A stretch of DNA of 64,000 nucleotides from Macrostomum lignano (taxonomy: Eukaryota). The notes below the pieces were generated by a model. The model made no database searches. It was not told where the DNA came from and worked only from the letters and a program-made list of their open reading frames with translations. The translations under genes and the position numbers were made by a program. Positions 55,001 to 64,000 of this stretch are shown piece after piece; within the stretch, counting starts at the first letter, position 1; every line of letters starts with the position of its first letter. Location: the NCBI GenBank assembly GCA_002269645.1, contig NIVC01001547.1, forward strand, positions 124,001 through 188,000, read 5' to 3'.

Positions 55001-58000
55001 ACTGGCTTTTGGATGTGAACTTTAGGTTATTCGGAGATTAAAGATTCTCTGAAAACTAGACAATAAATAAAAGTGTCAAGATATATGGGGCATAGAAATT
55101 TTATCAGAAAAATGGCCGGAAAAATTAAAATCGAAACGATCAAATACGAATACATCATAGCTGGAATTAGTGATTTAGTTACCGACTTTACATGTGCATT
55201 TACTGTACAAGCTACTTCCACAGACTTCAGCGCCACTATCTGAGAAGGAGTCAACTACTAACGCAAATGTTTTGACTTCGTTCGCTTCTTGCGAGTCATT
55301 GCGTACAGATATGTTCGAGTTTTCCTTTATCCAAAACGAGCCTATTTGACTGATCAATCATAATGCAAGAGTCAAATGGCAAGGGTCCTTCCATTAAAGC
55401 GCAAGTACGCATTATCTTCGTCTTCATTATTGTAAGAAATGCATGCGCATTCAATGCATCTAAACCAAACATTGTAACGTCCTCATGAGAAACTGCCGAT
55501 AGCTGCATCCCAGTGATGGAGCACACCGTGTGCAGTTTCTCACCGTCATCAACGAACAGCATGCGGTTCCTCACCGAAATCCGAGGCCTGGTGCCCACCT
55601 TGTCGATGCCGGTCACCGCGAGCTTCAGCTGGACTTCGTTCGACTTCTTGGACAGTCCGAAAATCACCGGCTTGCCGTCAGCTCGCTCGGCGAGGATGAA
55701 CAGCTTGTCGGAGTCACCGGCTATGCAGCACAGCTTCTGCACGTCATCTTGCAGGTCGGAGACACGGACTCGAGACTGCTCGACTCCGCACATGTCGTCG
55801 ATGATCAGCTGTCGATGTTGAGCGATGAACAGCAGTTGCAGTTTTGTGTCGCAGTGCAGATCTCTGATGGGCTGATCCCAGCTGCCGTTGATGCGGCCTG
55901 CCACTTCTCCGTCTGCGGACACTATTAAAATGCGAGATGCTTCATTGCCCCGTCCTTCAGAGTCTCTCTCTGAACTGGAAGGATTTACAGCCACTAAGGC
56001 AACCCTCTGAGTGAGTTCGCGACCATCGCCAGCCTCCTGCGCCCTGACGACGCTTCCAGACTCGTCAAGACAAAAGCCGCTGGTGTTCTCGCACAAAGCC
56101 ATGCTCACTGGGCAGCCATCCAGCTCGATTGTCTTTTCCTGAGATATCACTATTACGGACAATTCATCGTTTCTGTCATCCAATCCATCAACAAGCTGAC
56201 GTGCCACTTCTAGCTGAAGTTGAGTACACTCACACAGATCCAGAACTGAAGAACTCACGTCTGGAAACGCAGCCAGCTTCACTTCTTTGGTATCCTCATC
56301 CATGCACACCAGCTCCGAGTCGAGATGCAGAGTCTCCAGTGCCTTCTCCAAGTTCTCAGCGATGAGAAAGGCCTTCTTAGCGTCCTTCTCTTCCTTGGCC
56401 GCCTTGAGTTCGGACTCAGAGTCATCCAGCTCAGTAAGAATCCCCAACGACTCCATGATTTTGTCATGATGCTTGGTGACGGCTGTGGTGAGCTCAGCCT
56501 GACACCTGTCTAGTGTATCTCTCAGGTTGGCGAACTCGTCATCAATGAGCTGCAGGTCGGAGGCCAGCCTCTGCTGCATCAGTCTCATAGGCGCTTGGTA
56601 CTTCTTGAAGTGCGCGATTTTGTCCAAGACTCTGGCTTCGGACTTGTCGCACCTGCTGAGGTCGGCTTGCAGATGCTGAGAGCAGTAGGGCTGATCCGTG
56701 ATGGGGGACGGGCCTTCGGCTTGGCTTCGGCAGAATTTCACAGAGCAGAGGCCTGAAGCAGACGCCATATCTCTTCTTGCTGTGATTTTTTCGTTGAAAA
56801 TAAAAAATGACAACAGTGGAATTCTAGCTCGGAATTTCTTTCGCTTCAGAAACAATTCTAAGCGGAGCGATGTTTTTCTCTCTTATAGAGGTGAGTTTTG
56901 GTACCTTCTTCTACGAACACTATTTGATGTATTTGAGCTGGGCTGTGCTGTCTGTGCTCTGTTTTATTGTTTGGCGTCAGCCTTCCTCAAGTTATTTACT
57001 GTTTTAAATGTACTCTGCTGGGCCCAATGGTTTGAAAACTAACTTGAGCTGTTATGACGAGTTTGTACTCGTGCAAATGAAATGAGGCTTCCTTTGACCC
57101 TTGTTAAACGCTGGCTCATTCTGAGCAGGCACAAGATTTTAAACTGTACAAATTTTGACAAAAATGTACTTGAGTTGCTAAGAGCCAGCTAGATACTCTC
57201 GTATCAAAGTGTCCAAGATGTGGATGGATGGTTTTCAGTACAATTTATGTGATACTTGTACTTCGTACTCGTGACACAATTGTAATTAAGAGCCAAGTCG
57301 CTACTGCATTGCACGCTACACTGTCCAGACAATAGATCTCCTAACAGTAGGAATGCAAAACAATTTTTGCCTGTTAAACGATGTAGGCAATTGCGGTTCA
57401 GCAGTTAAGGTTTGCTCTCTGATGTGACCAACAAAGTCAGATCTGATTCAAGCACATACGCTCGATGCGCTGATAAAATTTTCAGGCTTGGGAAGGCGCA
57501 GTGCTGATTGGCGCACAGCGGTGTATTGGCTACATCACAAAAGCCGCTGCTGACTTTCGAGCGGCCATGTTTCGGTTGCCTCGCAGCAGTTCAAGTCGAA
57601 CTTTATTTTGTCCTGCTCACTGTTCGAGGCTAGCTGCATGCATGTGATGGATACATATAGAGAAGTATGCAGCTTCTCACCATCATCAACGAACAGCATG
57701 CGATTCATCGACACCGCACATGGGGGCGATATTCAGCTGTCGATCTTAAGCGATGAACAGCAGTTGCAGTTTTATTGTGTCGCAGTGCAGACCTCTGATG
57801 GGCTGATCCCAGCTACGCGTAAACACTGTACATAGTCAAAGGAAAAAGACGACTCTATGCTAAGTCAAGAGGGTTAATTGTTGCAGGGTCAACATATAAC
57901 ATAATTTTTATATTACCCAGGTAAAAATGAAAAATGTCTCGGACACATTGCAAAACCCTTAATCGACATCAATAGACATGATAACATGTCTTGAAAACAT

Positions 58001-60082
58001 GTTGGAGAGACATCATGTGGGATGTCTCTTAGTTGACATTGCCCTGAGACATCAGTTTTTACTAGACATGACAATTACTCACCGCTCCCACCACAACCTT
58101 ATGCAACTCGCAGGTACCAACGCCCGCTAGAGCCGTGGTTCCACCACCCGCACCTGCACCCTCATCACCACCCTCATCAGCACCAGCGCGGAGCCGCCTC
58201 GGGCCACTCTTCATCCGCCCAGCATCCGCCGCCGCCTCATCCGGGCTTCCCACCAGGCCTGCTGCCTCCGCCGCCGCCTCATTTGCCTCATCAGTATCCC
58301 GGCCAGCCTCATCAGCACGGATTTCCTCATCCGGGATTTCTGGCTGCCGCAGCCGCCGCAGTTTCGGAGGCCGCCCTGCGTCATCAGCAGCAGCAGCAGC
58401 GCCGAGGTCTGCCGCCTCCGCCTCCCTGCACCAGCCTGCTGCCCATTCTGGAAGCTAAACAGCAGTTCTCAGACAATGACGATGAAGCTGAGTCCGATGA
58501 GGACCAGCCGGACCCTGGCAACAACAACAACAATAACCATAGCAACGGGAATAACGATGGCAGCGGCGCCGAGGACGCCTTCGATGAGGAGGATGACAAT
58601 GATGGCGACTTCGAAGACGGTCCGCCGTCGGCTCTGCGACTGCTGCCCATCGTTCGGCGGAGCGGCAGCGGAGGCGGCGGTTGCCATAGTAATAATAATA
58701 ATAACGATGACTCAGACAGGGCCGAACTGCTGGAGATGGCCTGGGCCAACTCTGGCTGGCTTTGCTTCGACAGAGACGATCAGCTGGTTGGTTTGCAGAT
58801 TGTGTTTATGAATTCATAGATTTATGGTGTGCTGACTGCAGGCGGGGGGGACGTAGTTCACTGGTTCAGCGCGGTGCACGGATGTGCCAGCAGCCCAGGC
58901 TCGATTCCAAGTGCATGCAGTCACAATAATTTACGGCCTTGAGGGCCAACCCCCAAGGCACAATGAAGTTTACATGCCTAAGGTACACTCCTGTGTGAGT
59001 ATGTGCCTGCTTAGGGGTGGAATGGGTAGCAACGCCTCTCGCCGGTTGCTTTTTGCCTCGCTAACTAAAAAATAGTTTAGCCAGCTTCTATGCGATGTAC
59101 AGTGTGATGTACATGTGTTGAAATGGCAGCGATAGTCTATGGCCAATACTGATTTTGAGCCTGCTTTGCTGTGAAAAAAATGTTAATAATATTTCCCACG
59201 GTTAGATTATATAAAGAATACTTCAAGTGCTTCAAAAACTTAATATTAGGATTCTTGGGATTTCTGTGGCAATTAGTTTGATTTTAAGCCTAACAATTAA
59301 AAAAACCCAGAACTGTCTACTTATAGTATTAGAAGACATCAGGAGCATTTTTAATCCAATTAACTGTTTCTCTTTTATAACATTATCTAAGGATTAAAAA
59401 TGTCTAGGATTTGGATTTCTCATTCAGACATATTCAATAACAGAATGCCGTATCTTGCTATTCATTTTTCACAGCGCATTGTCCAGCCGGACCAATACGA
59501 AACTGGGTCGCCTCAATCGGCCTCGGATTCATCGCAGTCACCTTGTGCTTCACCCGGACCAGCTAATCACATGGGTGCTCAGCGGCTTGGTTGGGAATGT
59601 GAGCGACCTTGCGGATAATGACTCATTTTAGTCCTACTTAGATATGCCCCACCAGCTGTATGACTCATTTTAGTCCTCGACAGATATGACCCACTAGCTC
59701 TATGACTCATCTCATCCCGTTTGATATGACTTACTAGCTCTATGACTCATCTCATCCCTTTGGATATGACTCACTAGCTCTATGACTCATCTCATCCCTT
59801 TGGATATGACTTACTAGCTCTATGACTCATCTCATCCCGTTGGATATGACTCACTAGCTCTATGACTCATCTCATCCCGTTGGATATGACTCACTAGCTC
59901 TATGACTCATCTCATCCCTTTGGATATGACTCACTAGCTCTATGACTCATCTAAACCCGTTAGATATAACCCCACCAGCTCTATGACTCATTCTGACCAT
60001 CGAAATTGCAGTCGAAGATCAGCCGGAATCATCCAACTGCCCGCCGCAGTCAGTGCTGGCTTGCGCGGTGAAACTGGAGTGA
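51251..60082 (+). CDS. cic: Capicua-like protein containing only Cic-L N-terminal modules (Tudor-like and N1), ~723 aa if the exon-1 frameshift is corrected; no HMG box or C1
   Basis: Exons 51251-51786 (one base short of phase), 52229-52757, 53393-53630, 58114-58786, 59475-59598 and 60012-60082 (VKLE*, with the TGA overlapping AATAAA). Phases are consistent. Exon 1: AWRGARIL...YLPGRV...[15 protein letters not shown] (Cic-L Tudor-like). Exon 3: [45 protein letters not shown] (Cic N1 signature). Further upstream exons are possible because the ATG directly follows an acceptor. Confidence 0.8.
51840..52140. repeat. (TTAG)n microsatellite in cic-like intron 1
   Basis: Direct reading. Confidence 0.95.
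52955..53280 (+). mobile_element. Near full-length tRNA-derived SINE, family 1
   Basis: A-box-like gtagcttagtgtttagagcg, B-box ggttcgattccc, a CORE/Meta-like central domain (gggcaagacacttaac...gctgtaaaatg) and a TTA-repeat tail. Other copies at 585 and 20050. Confidence 0.85.
53692..54636 (+). mobile_element. Internally deleted mariner element, 945 bp
   Basis: TA target sites at 53690-91 and 54637-38, and TIRs CGA(G/A)GGGC(A/G)TACTGAAAGTTT. The transposase starts at ATG 53875 and has [15 protein letters not shown] is joined directly to [10 protein letters not shown], so the central catalytic segment is deleted. Confidence 0.92.
54704..54830 (+). mobile_element. Penelope-like element GIY-YIG endonuclease relic
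   Basis: Translates (one stop, one frameshift) as [31 protein letters not shown], the GVVY..CxxC..YIGKT.R.L..R..EH pattern of PLE endonucleases. Confidence 0.75.
55296..56768 (-). CDS. Intronless 490-aa protein (degenerate B-box/AN1-like Cys-His finger, coiled coil, probable beta-propeller; TRIM/NHL-like architecture), nested antisense in cic-like intron 3
   Basis: Long uninterrupted ORF. The likely start is MASASGL at 56768, since the upstream 29 codons of the track ORF begin at a non-ATG codon in AT-rich DNA. N-terminal CSVKFC-x15-CSQH, heptad-rich helix at residues ~35-150, then alternating beta-strand-like segments. The fold assignment is inference. Confidence 0.8.
   Translation of the reverse strand: MASASGLCSVKFCRSQAEGPSPITDQPYCSQHLQADLSRCDKSEARVLDKIAHFKKYQAPMRLMQQRLASDLQLIDDEFANLRDTLDRCQAELTTAVTKHHDKIMESLGILTELDDSESELKAAKEEKDAKKAFLIAENLEKALETLHLDSELVCMDEDTKEVKLAAFPDVSSSVLDLCECTQLQLEVARQLVDGLDDRNDELSVIVISQEKTIELDGCPVSMALCENTSGFCLDESGSVVRAQEAGDGRELTQRVALVAVNPSSSERDSEGRGNEASRILIVSADGEVAGRINGSWDQPIRDLHCDTKLQLLFIAQHRQLIIDDMCGVEQSRVRVSDLQDDVQKLCCIAGDSDKLFILAERADGKPVIFGLSKKSNEVQLKLAVTGIDKVGTRPRISVRNRMLFVDDGEKLHTVCSITGMQLSAVSHEDVTMFGLDALNAHAFLTIMKTKIMRTCALMEGPLPFDSCIMIDQSNRLVLDKGKLEHICTQ
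57631..57814 (-). pseudogene. Internally deleted duplicate fragment of the nested gene
   Basis: Matches 55500-55575 joined to about 55787-55882 (e.g. gcgatgaacagcagttgcagtttt..tgtgtcgcagtgcaga.ctctgatgggctgatcccagct), in the same orientation. Confidence 0.8.
58845..59072 (+). mobile_element. tRNA-derived SINE, family 2
   Basis: Head ggggacgtagttcactggttcagcgcgg and B-box-like ggctcgattcca. The body is shared with 14910-15200. Confidence 0.72.
59617..59992. repeat. 40-bp minisatellite (tatgactcatctcatcccgttggatatgactcactagctc)n in cic-like intron 5
   Basis: About 9 units containing 14 TGACTCA motifs by count. Confidence 0.95.
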
Positions 60083-60849
60083 ATAAAATTATCCGAATAA
60101 ACATTTTTTAGTTTCAAGCCTCGTTTTGGTGTCCCATTTTGTAACTTTTCTTTAAGCACCTTTTAATGTCAGTTCAATCATAATCTGCAGTCATGTTAGT
60201 CGGCGTTTTATTAGTTACAAAATTTGTAGTAAAATGTTTGTTTAAATGCGTTGGAAATATTTAAATTTTAGCTGTAGTTTAAAATTGTTTTAATGAATTT
60301 ATTGTTAATTGCGTACTTTAATTTTTTTTCATTTTATAATTTAATTTTTGTTTTTGTTAATCTGTTTAATAATTGAAAAAATTTCAATGCAATTTTTATT
60401 ATTGATTTCTTTGTTTATTCAGTCAGTTTTCTCCACAAATCTTGCAATACGATTTTAATAATTTCAATCTTTTTTGATCATCTTTGTGTCTTTAATCATA
60501 ATTATATTTATCTGCTCCTTATTTAATTAATTGTTTTGCAGTAAACAAATCACAATTTTGTCATTTTCTCATTGGATCTGTTCAACTTTTTTACCTCGCA
60601 ATGTTTTTAATTTCGGAACAAATTTTCCCGCGTAAGTCATCTTTTATTGGCTATTTATCAATTTCACAAGTTGTTTTAATAATCAAACTCTTATTGTCGT
60701 GTAGTCTCTATGTTGTGAATTATTTAATTTCTGATATTAATACTACTAATAAATATTGTACAATAGTATCCACTGTTTTTGGTGTTTGGTATTATCAGTT
60801 TAAATGCTTTCTAAACGGCCTTCATTTTTGTTTTTTTTTATACTTGTTT

Positions 60850-61060
60850 TGTGAGGCGCCGATTCGGGTGTTTTAGGCGCTAATCTGTGTGTTTATGATT
60901 CGCCGATTGGGGTGTTATAAAAGCGCCGATTGAGGTGTTATGAGAGCGCCGATTGAGGTGTTATGAGGACGCCAATGAAGTGTTATGAGAGCGCCGATTG
61001 AAGCGTTATGAGGGCACGATTGAGGTGTTATGAGAGCGCCGATTTGCGTATCATAAGGGT
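60850..61060. repeat. ~23-bp minisatellite (gcgccgattgaggtgttatgaga)n
   Basis: About 8 degenerate units. Confidence 0.85.
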
Positions 61061-61602
61061 GCCTATTGAGAGTTATTAATGGCACCAACAATTTTAGAAT
61101 TCGGAGAGGCTAATATTGGTAATTGCGGAGGCGCCTATTTTGATGTGTTTCGGGTTGCTCATTTGAGCGCCTAACGCTACATGCGTTACTACGAGTACAT
61201 GCTACATGCTAGTGAGCGGTCTTGATTTACTGTTGAATTCAAGTCTTCAGATCCATTCTCTGATCTTAAATATCTCATAGTTTCAATGTGCAATTTTGAT
61301 ATCCTTGATTCAACGATTGTGCTAGCAGCACTGGCAATTTATAATAAGAAAATAATGAACTCTTTAAGGACTAAACTTTATAAGTGCACGCATTTCATAC
61401 CGCAATTGATTTTTAATTAAGCAATTAATATGTGTGAGAATTACGTCTTTTGGATGCAGTAAATTGCAAAAATATAGCAAGAAACGAACAACTTTAAAAG
61501 CAAAAGTTAAAGATTCCTTGGAAACAATTAATTCACAGACAATTCATATCACCGCGTTTTAGAATTATAATAAAAATGCAAACTAATATTTGAACATCAA
61601 TT

Positions 61603-61968
61603 TTACTTATTAAGTGTTTCACTTGCCATGCGTACAGTCAAACCTGAAACTGTGACAGGAGATTCTTCCATTTTTATGCATCGAAATGAAACTTCAGGTT
61701 CAGCCCAGGTAAAAGCAAACCTAGCCTTTATTGACTCAATTTCACGCTCAGCATGCGAGTTTTCTCTCTGCTGAGAAAGAATTGTGTGCACACAGTGCAG
61801 CTTGTGTCCACAGGTTGTGTCTCCATTCTTATAAGCTCTGGAGGTTTTATCGATCGTCGCCCTTTGTAGGGAGAGAATTTCACTATGCTGTACCCAGCTA
61901 ACTGTACTTTGCTTCGCCCCTCGCGTTTGCGATTTACTCCTGGCTTCCTCAGGGCTAGCTACACGCAT
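61603..61968 (-). CDS. Unassigned ~120-codon open frame downstream of the glycosyltransferase
   Basis: Non-repetitive open frame in moderately GC-rich DNA. No family recognised; it may be spurious or an exon fragment. Confidence 0.2.
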   Translation of the reverse strand: MRVASPEEARSKSQTRGAKQSTVSWVQHSEILSLQRATIDKTSRAYKNGDTTCGHKLHCVHTILSQQRENSHAEREIESIKARFAFTWAEPEVSFRCIKMEESPVTVSGLTVRMASETLNK

Positions 61969-62305
61969 TTTCAATATTCCCGCATGTCACTCAAGTTGAG
62001 TGGCTTCCCTGGAATATTCTAAACGGTGAGTTTGCTGCCATATCGCTCTAAAGATACACTGTAGAGCTGATTGCTAATGCAAACTCTAGGTGTAGCTTAA
62101 CGTGACAGTTTAAGCTTTCTACAATGATATTTTTCAAAACGGGTTATAAAAAAGGTATTGTTCAGAGTTAGCACTCGATAGCGTGTTGTCGTCTAGAAAG
62201 CGTTTGAATTCCAAATAAAGCAATTATATGTCCGATATTGTGGTCTGATTGTGATTGTCGAGTGCATCAAGACAGCTGAAATGCGATTGCAACGAGCCAC
62301 CTCAG

Positions 62306-63469
62306 TCACACCTCAGCCCTGACCAGTACAAACAATGGGTGCAGGTGAATACTCAACCCCGTATAGTTGACGCTGTTGAGTCCATCGGTGGCCATTGTTT
62401 GTCGGACTTTGTGCGCGTAGGGCCAGGGCATTTTGTTGACAATGACGTCTTCACTGTGTCGGAGGTTGATGTAGCGGGCCTCCGCGCCGCCGCTGTACCG
62501 GATGCTGAACCCGGATATGGACAGCCTGGCCGCCAGCTCGTCATCCTCTCGGCCCCAGCCGTAGTACCGATTCGAATTGCCATTGATCTTGACGAAAGCG
62601 TCTTTAGTGACGGCTGAGACTCCGCCGAAAAAATTGTGATACAATTTGCCTTTAGAATACTTGCTACTGGCCTGCGATCGCATCTCGGAGATGAGCAGCT
62701 TCGGAGCGTTCTTGCAGTCGTAGACGTTGGCAACATTCTCGGGCACCTTGTCGGAATCGTGGAAGACAAAGCAGTCGAACTGGTAGAATCTCTGCGACAG
62801 TAGAAAGCCAATGTTGAGCAGCTTGGCTCGATTGAACAGTCGCCAGTCCGCCTGTTCCACCACGAACAGTCCGAACAGGATGTTCTGCTTGCGCAGCAGT
62901 CTGTGCATGTAGGGCACAAATGTGTCCAGATTTTTGCTGCGGTTCCGGTAAGGCACGAGCACTGCGGTTCGCGACAGCGGCGGCCAGCAGCTCCGCGGGG
63001 CCCAGAAGCCGCCGTCAACTATCCCTGAGTTCTTCGGCTCCTGCAGCTGCATCTTCGGTGTCGCATTGGCTTGAAGGCAGTGCACCATGCTCTCCGACTT
63101 CGGCCGCTGACAGGCACCGGCGCTTGCAGCCGCGGCCGCTGCTGCCGCAACTGCAGCCGAGAAGTTGACCGGGCCAGAGACTGGTTTCAGCGCGTCGTAC
63201 AACATTGGATAAGTGATATTGTGGGCACTTCTGTTCCACCGCGTTGAGACCACCGATTTCAGGGCAACTGTTCGTGACTTATTTCTCGTTCCTACTGTAG
63301 AATTTGAGCGATGGAACGTCATGTGCTCATTCAGGTAGCTCACCAGCAGGCGCGGATACACGGACGGCCGGCTGGCAGTGGTGACTAATAGCTCTCTGGT
63401 CAGGAGCACTATGAGACTGACAACTGCTCCCGATGCCAGGATCTTTAAGCATAGACGATTCTTGCCCAT
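62306..63469 (-). CDS. Intronless beta-1,4-galactosyltransferase-family (GT7) type II membrane protein, 387 aa
   Basis: N-terminal signal anchor, stem region, and motifs GGFWAPRSC, AVLVPYRNR, FNRAKLLNIGF, FVFHDSD (DxD), FFGGVSAV, INGxSNRYYGWGREDDE. Confidence 0.93.
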   Translation of the reverse strand: MGKNRLCLKILASGAVVSLIVLLTRELLVTTASRPSVYPRLLVSYLNEHMTFHRSNSTVGTRNKSRTVALKSVVSTRWNRSAHNITYPMLYDALKPVSGPVNFSAAVAAAAAAAASAGACQRPKSESMVHCLQANATPKMQLQEPKNSGIVDGGFWAPRSCWPPLSRTAVLVPYRNRSKNLDTFVPYMHRLLRKQNILFGLFVVEQADWRLFNRAKLLNIGFLLSQRFYQFDCFVFHDSDKVPENVANVYDCKNAPKLLISEMRSQASSKYSKGKLYHNFFGGVSAVTKDAFVKINGNSNRYYGWGREDDELAARLSISGFSIRYSGGAEARYINLRHSEDVIVNKMPWPYAHKVRQTMATDGLNSVNYTGLSIHLHPLFVLVRAEV

Positions 63470-64000
63470 CTAGCAGTTAGGGCCAGTGAGAGTCGGTTAG
63501 AGCAAAATAGAAATGGATGCAAAATGGCTTTTAAGCAACGGCTGCTTTTGCTAATGAAAGCGATTCCTATTGTTTTTTACCTTACTCTTACCCTTTGGGC
63601 GTGACTCAGTGATATGCGCCACTTCTCAAGTGGATTTTAATATATCAGTTGAGTTGAAAGCAGCGTAGTATTCTCTACAGGCTAGACTGAAAACACCCCC
63701 ATAGCCAGCCAATTCTATTGACCCAGCGTTTTAGCCATGCAGCGACCAGAGCCAGTCAGTGTTTCTCTCGGCACGCGAGCGCACAGCTGATTTCTTTAAT
63801 TTCCTTCTCCAGTGTTCTCCTCTCGGTTGGCGAGCAGGCCTTGCAGAATGGTTTCATTCATGGACTACTAATGATAAAGCGTGTATGGACTAGAAGTTCT
63901 ATGCATGCATATGCAAATAACGCGGAGAGAGAGAGAGAGCCAAATTCAAATTTTCCAAATCGTGCACGCGCAGAGAAAGATACACAAGCAAAATTGCCCT

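Noticed and set aside
60100-60860. AT-rich minus-strand stretch with a DLRGK peptide suggesting a transposase
   Set aside because: The frames are broken every few codons, and a single short motif is insufficient.

Overview
Eukaryotic (metazoan) genomic DNA with spliceosomal GT-AG introns. The GC-rich, Ala/Gln/Ser-rich exons and minisatellite-filled introns resemble a free-living flatworm such as Macrostomum (inference only). Six protein-coding loci can be built by hand with consistent exon phases: (1) the 5' part of ERGIC2 (minus strand, runs off the left edge, absent from the ORF track); (2) a 4-exon kynureninase; (3) a kinase-motor class III myosin with at least 11 exons; (4) a 6-exon Capicua-like gene encoding only the Cic-L N-terminal Tudor-like and N1 modules, with no HMG box, and carrying a 1-nt frameshift in exon 1; (5) an intronless zinc-finger/coiled-coil/propeller gene nested antisense in intron 3 of that gene; (6) an intronless beta-1,4-glycosyltransferase of family GT7. 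Intergenic DNA is largely transposon debris: four ~1-kb TG..CA LTR-type insertions with 4-bp target duplications, a Gypsy integrase remnant, two mariners, three hAT-type MITEs with 8-bp TSDs, a 2.8-kb TIR element, two tRNA-derived SINE families and a Penelope GIY-YIG relic. Best leads: a tRNA-Leu PBS-like motif fixed 63-65 nt inside the 3' end of all four LTR insertions; a CAG/CTG to TAG/CTA decay signature in old repeats on top of CpG decay; the HMG-less Capicua module with a possible frame-rescuing intron; and intronic minisatellites built from splice-signal-like or AP-1 motifs. All alignments and counts were done by eye, and tandem-repeat boundaries are approximate.
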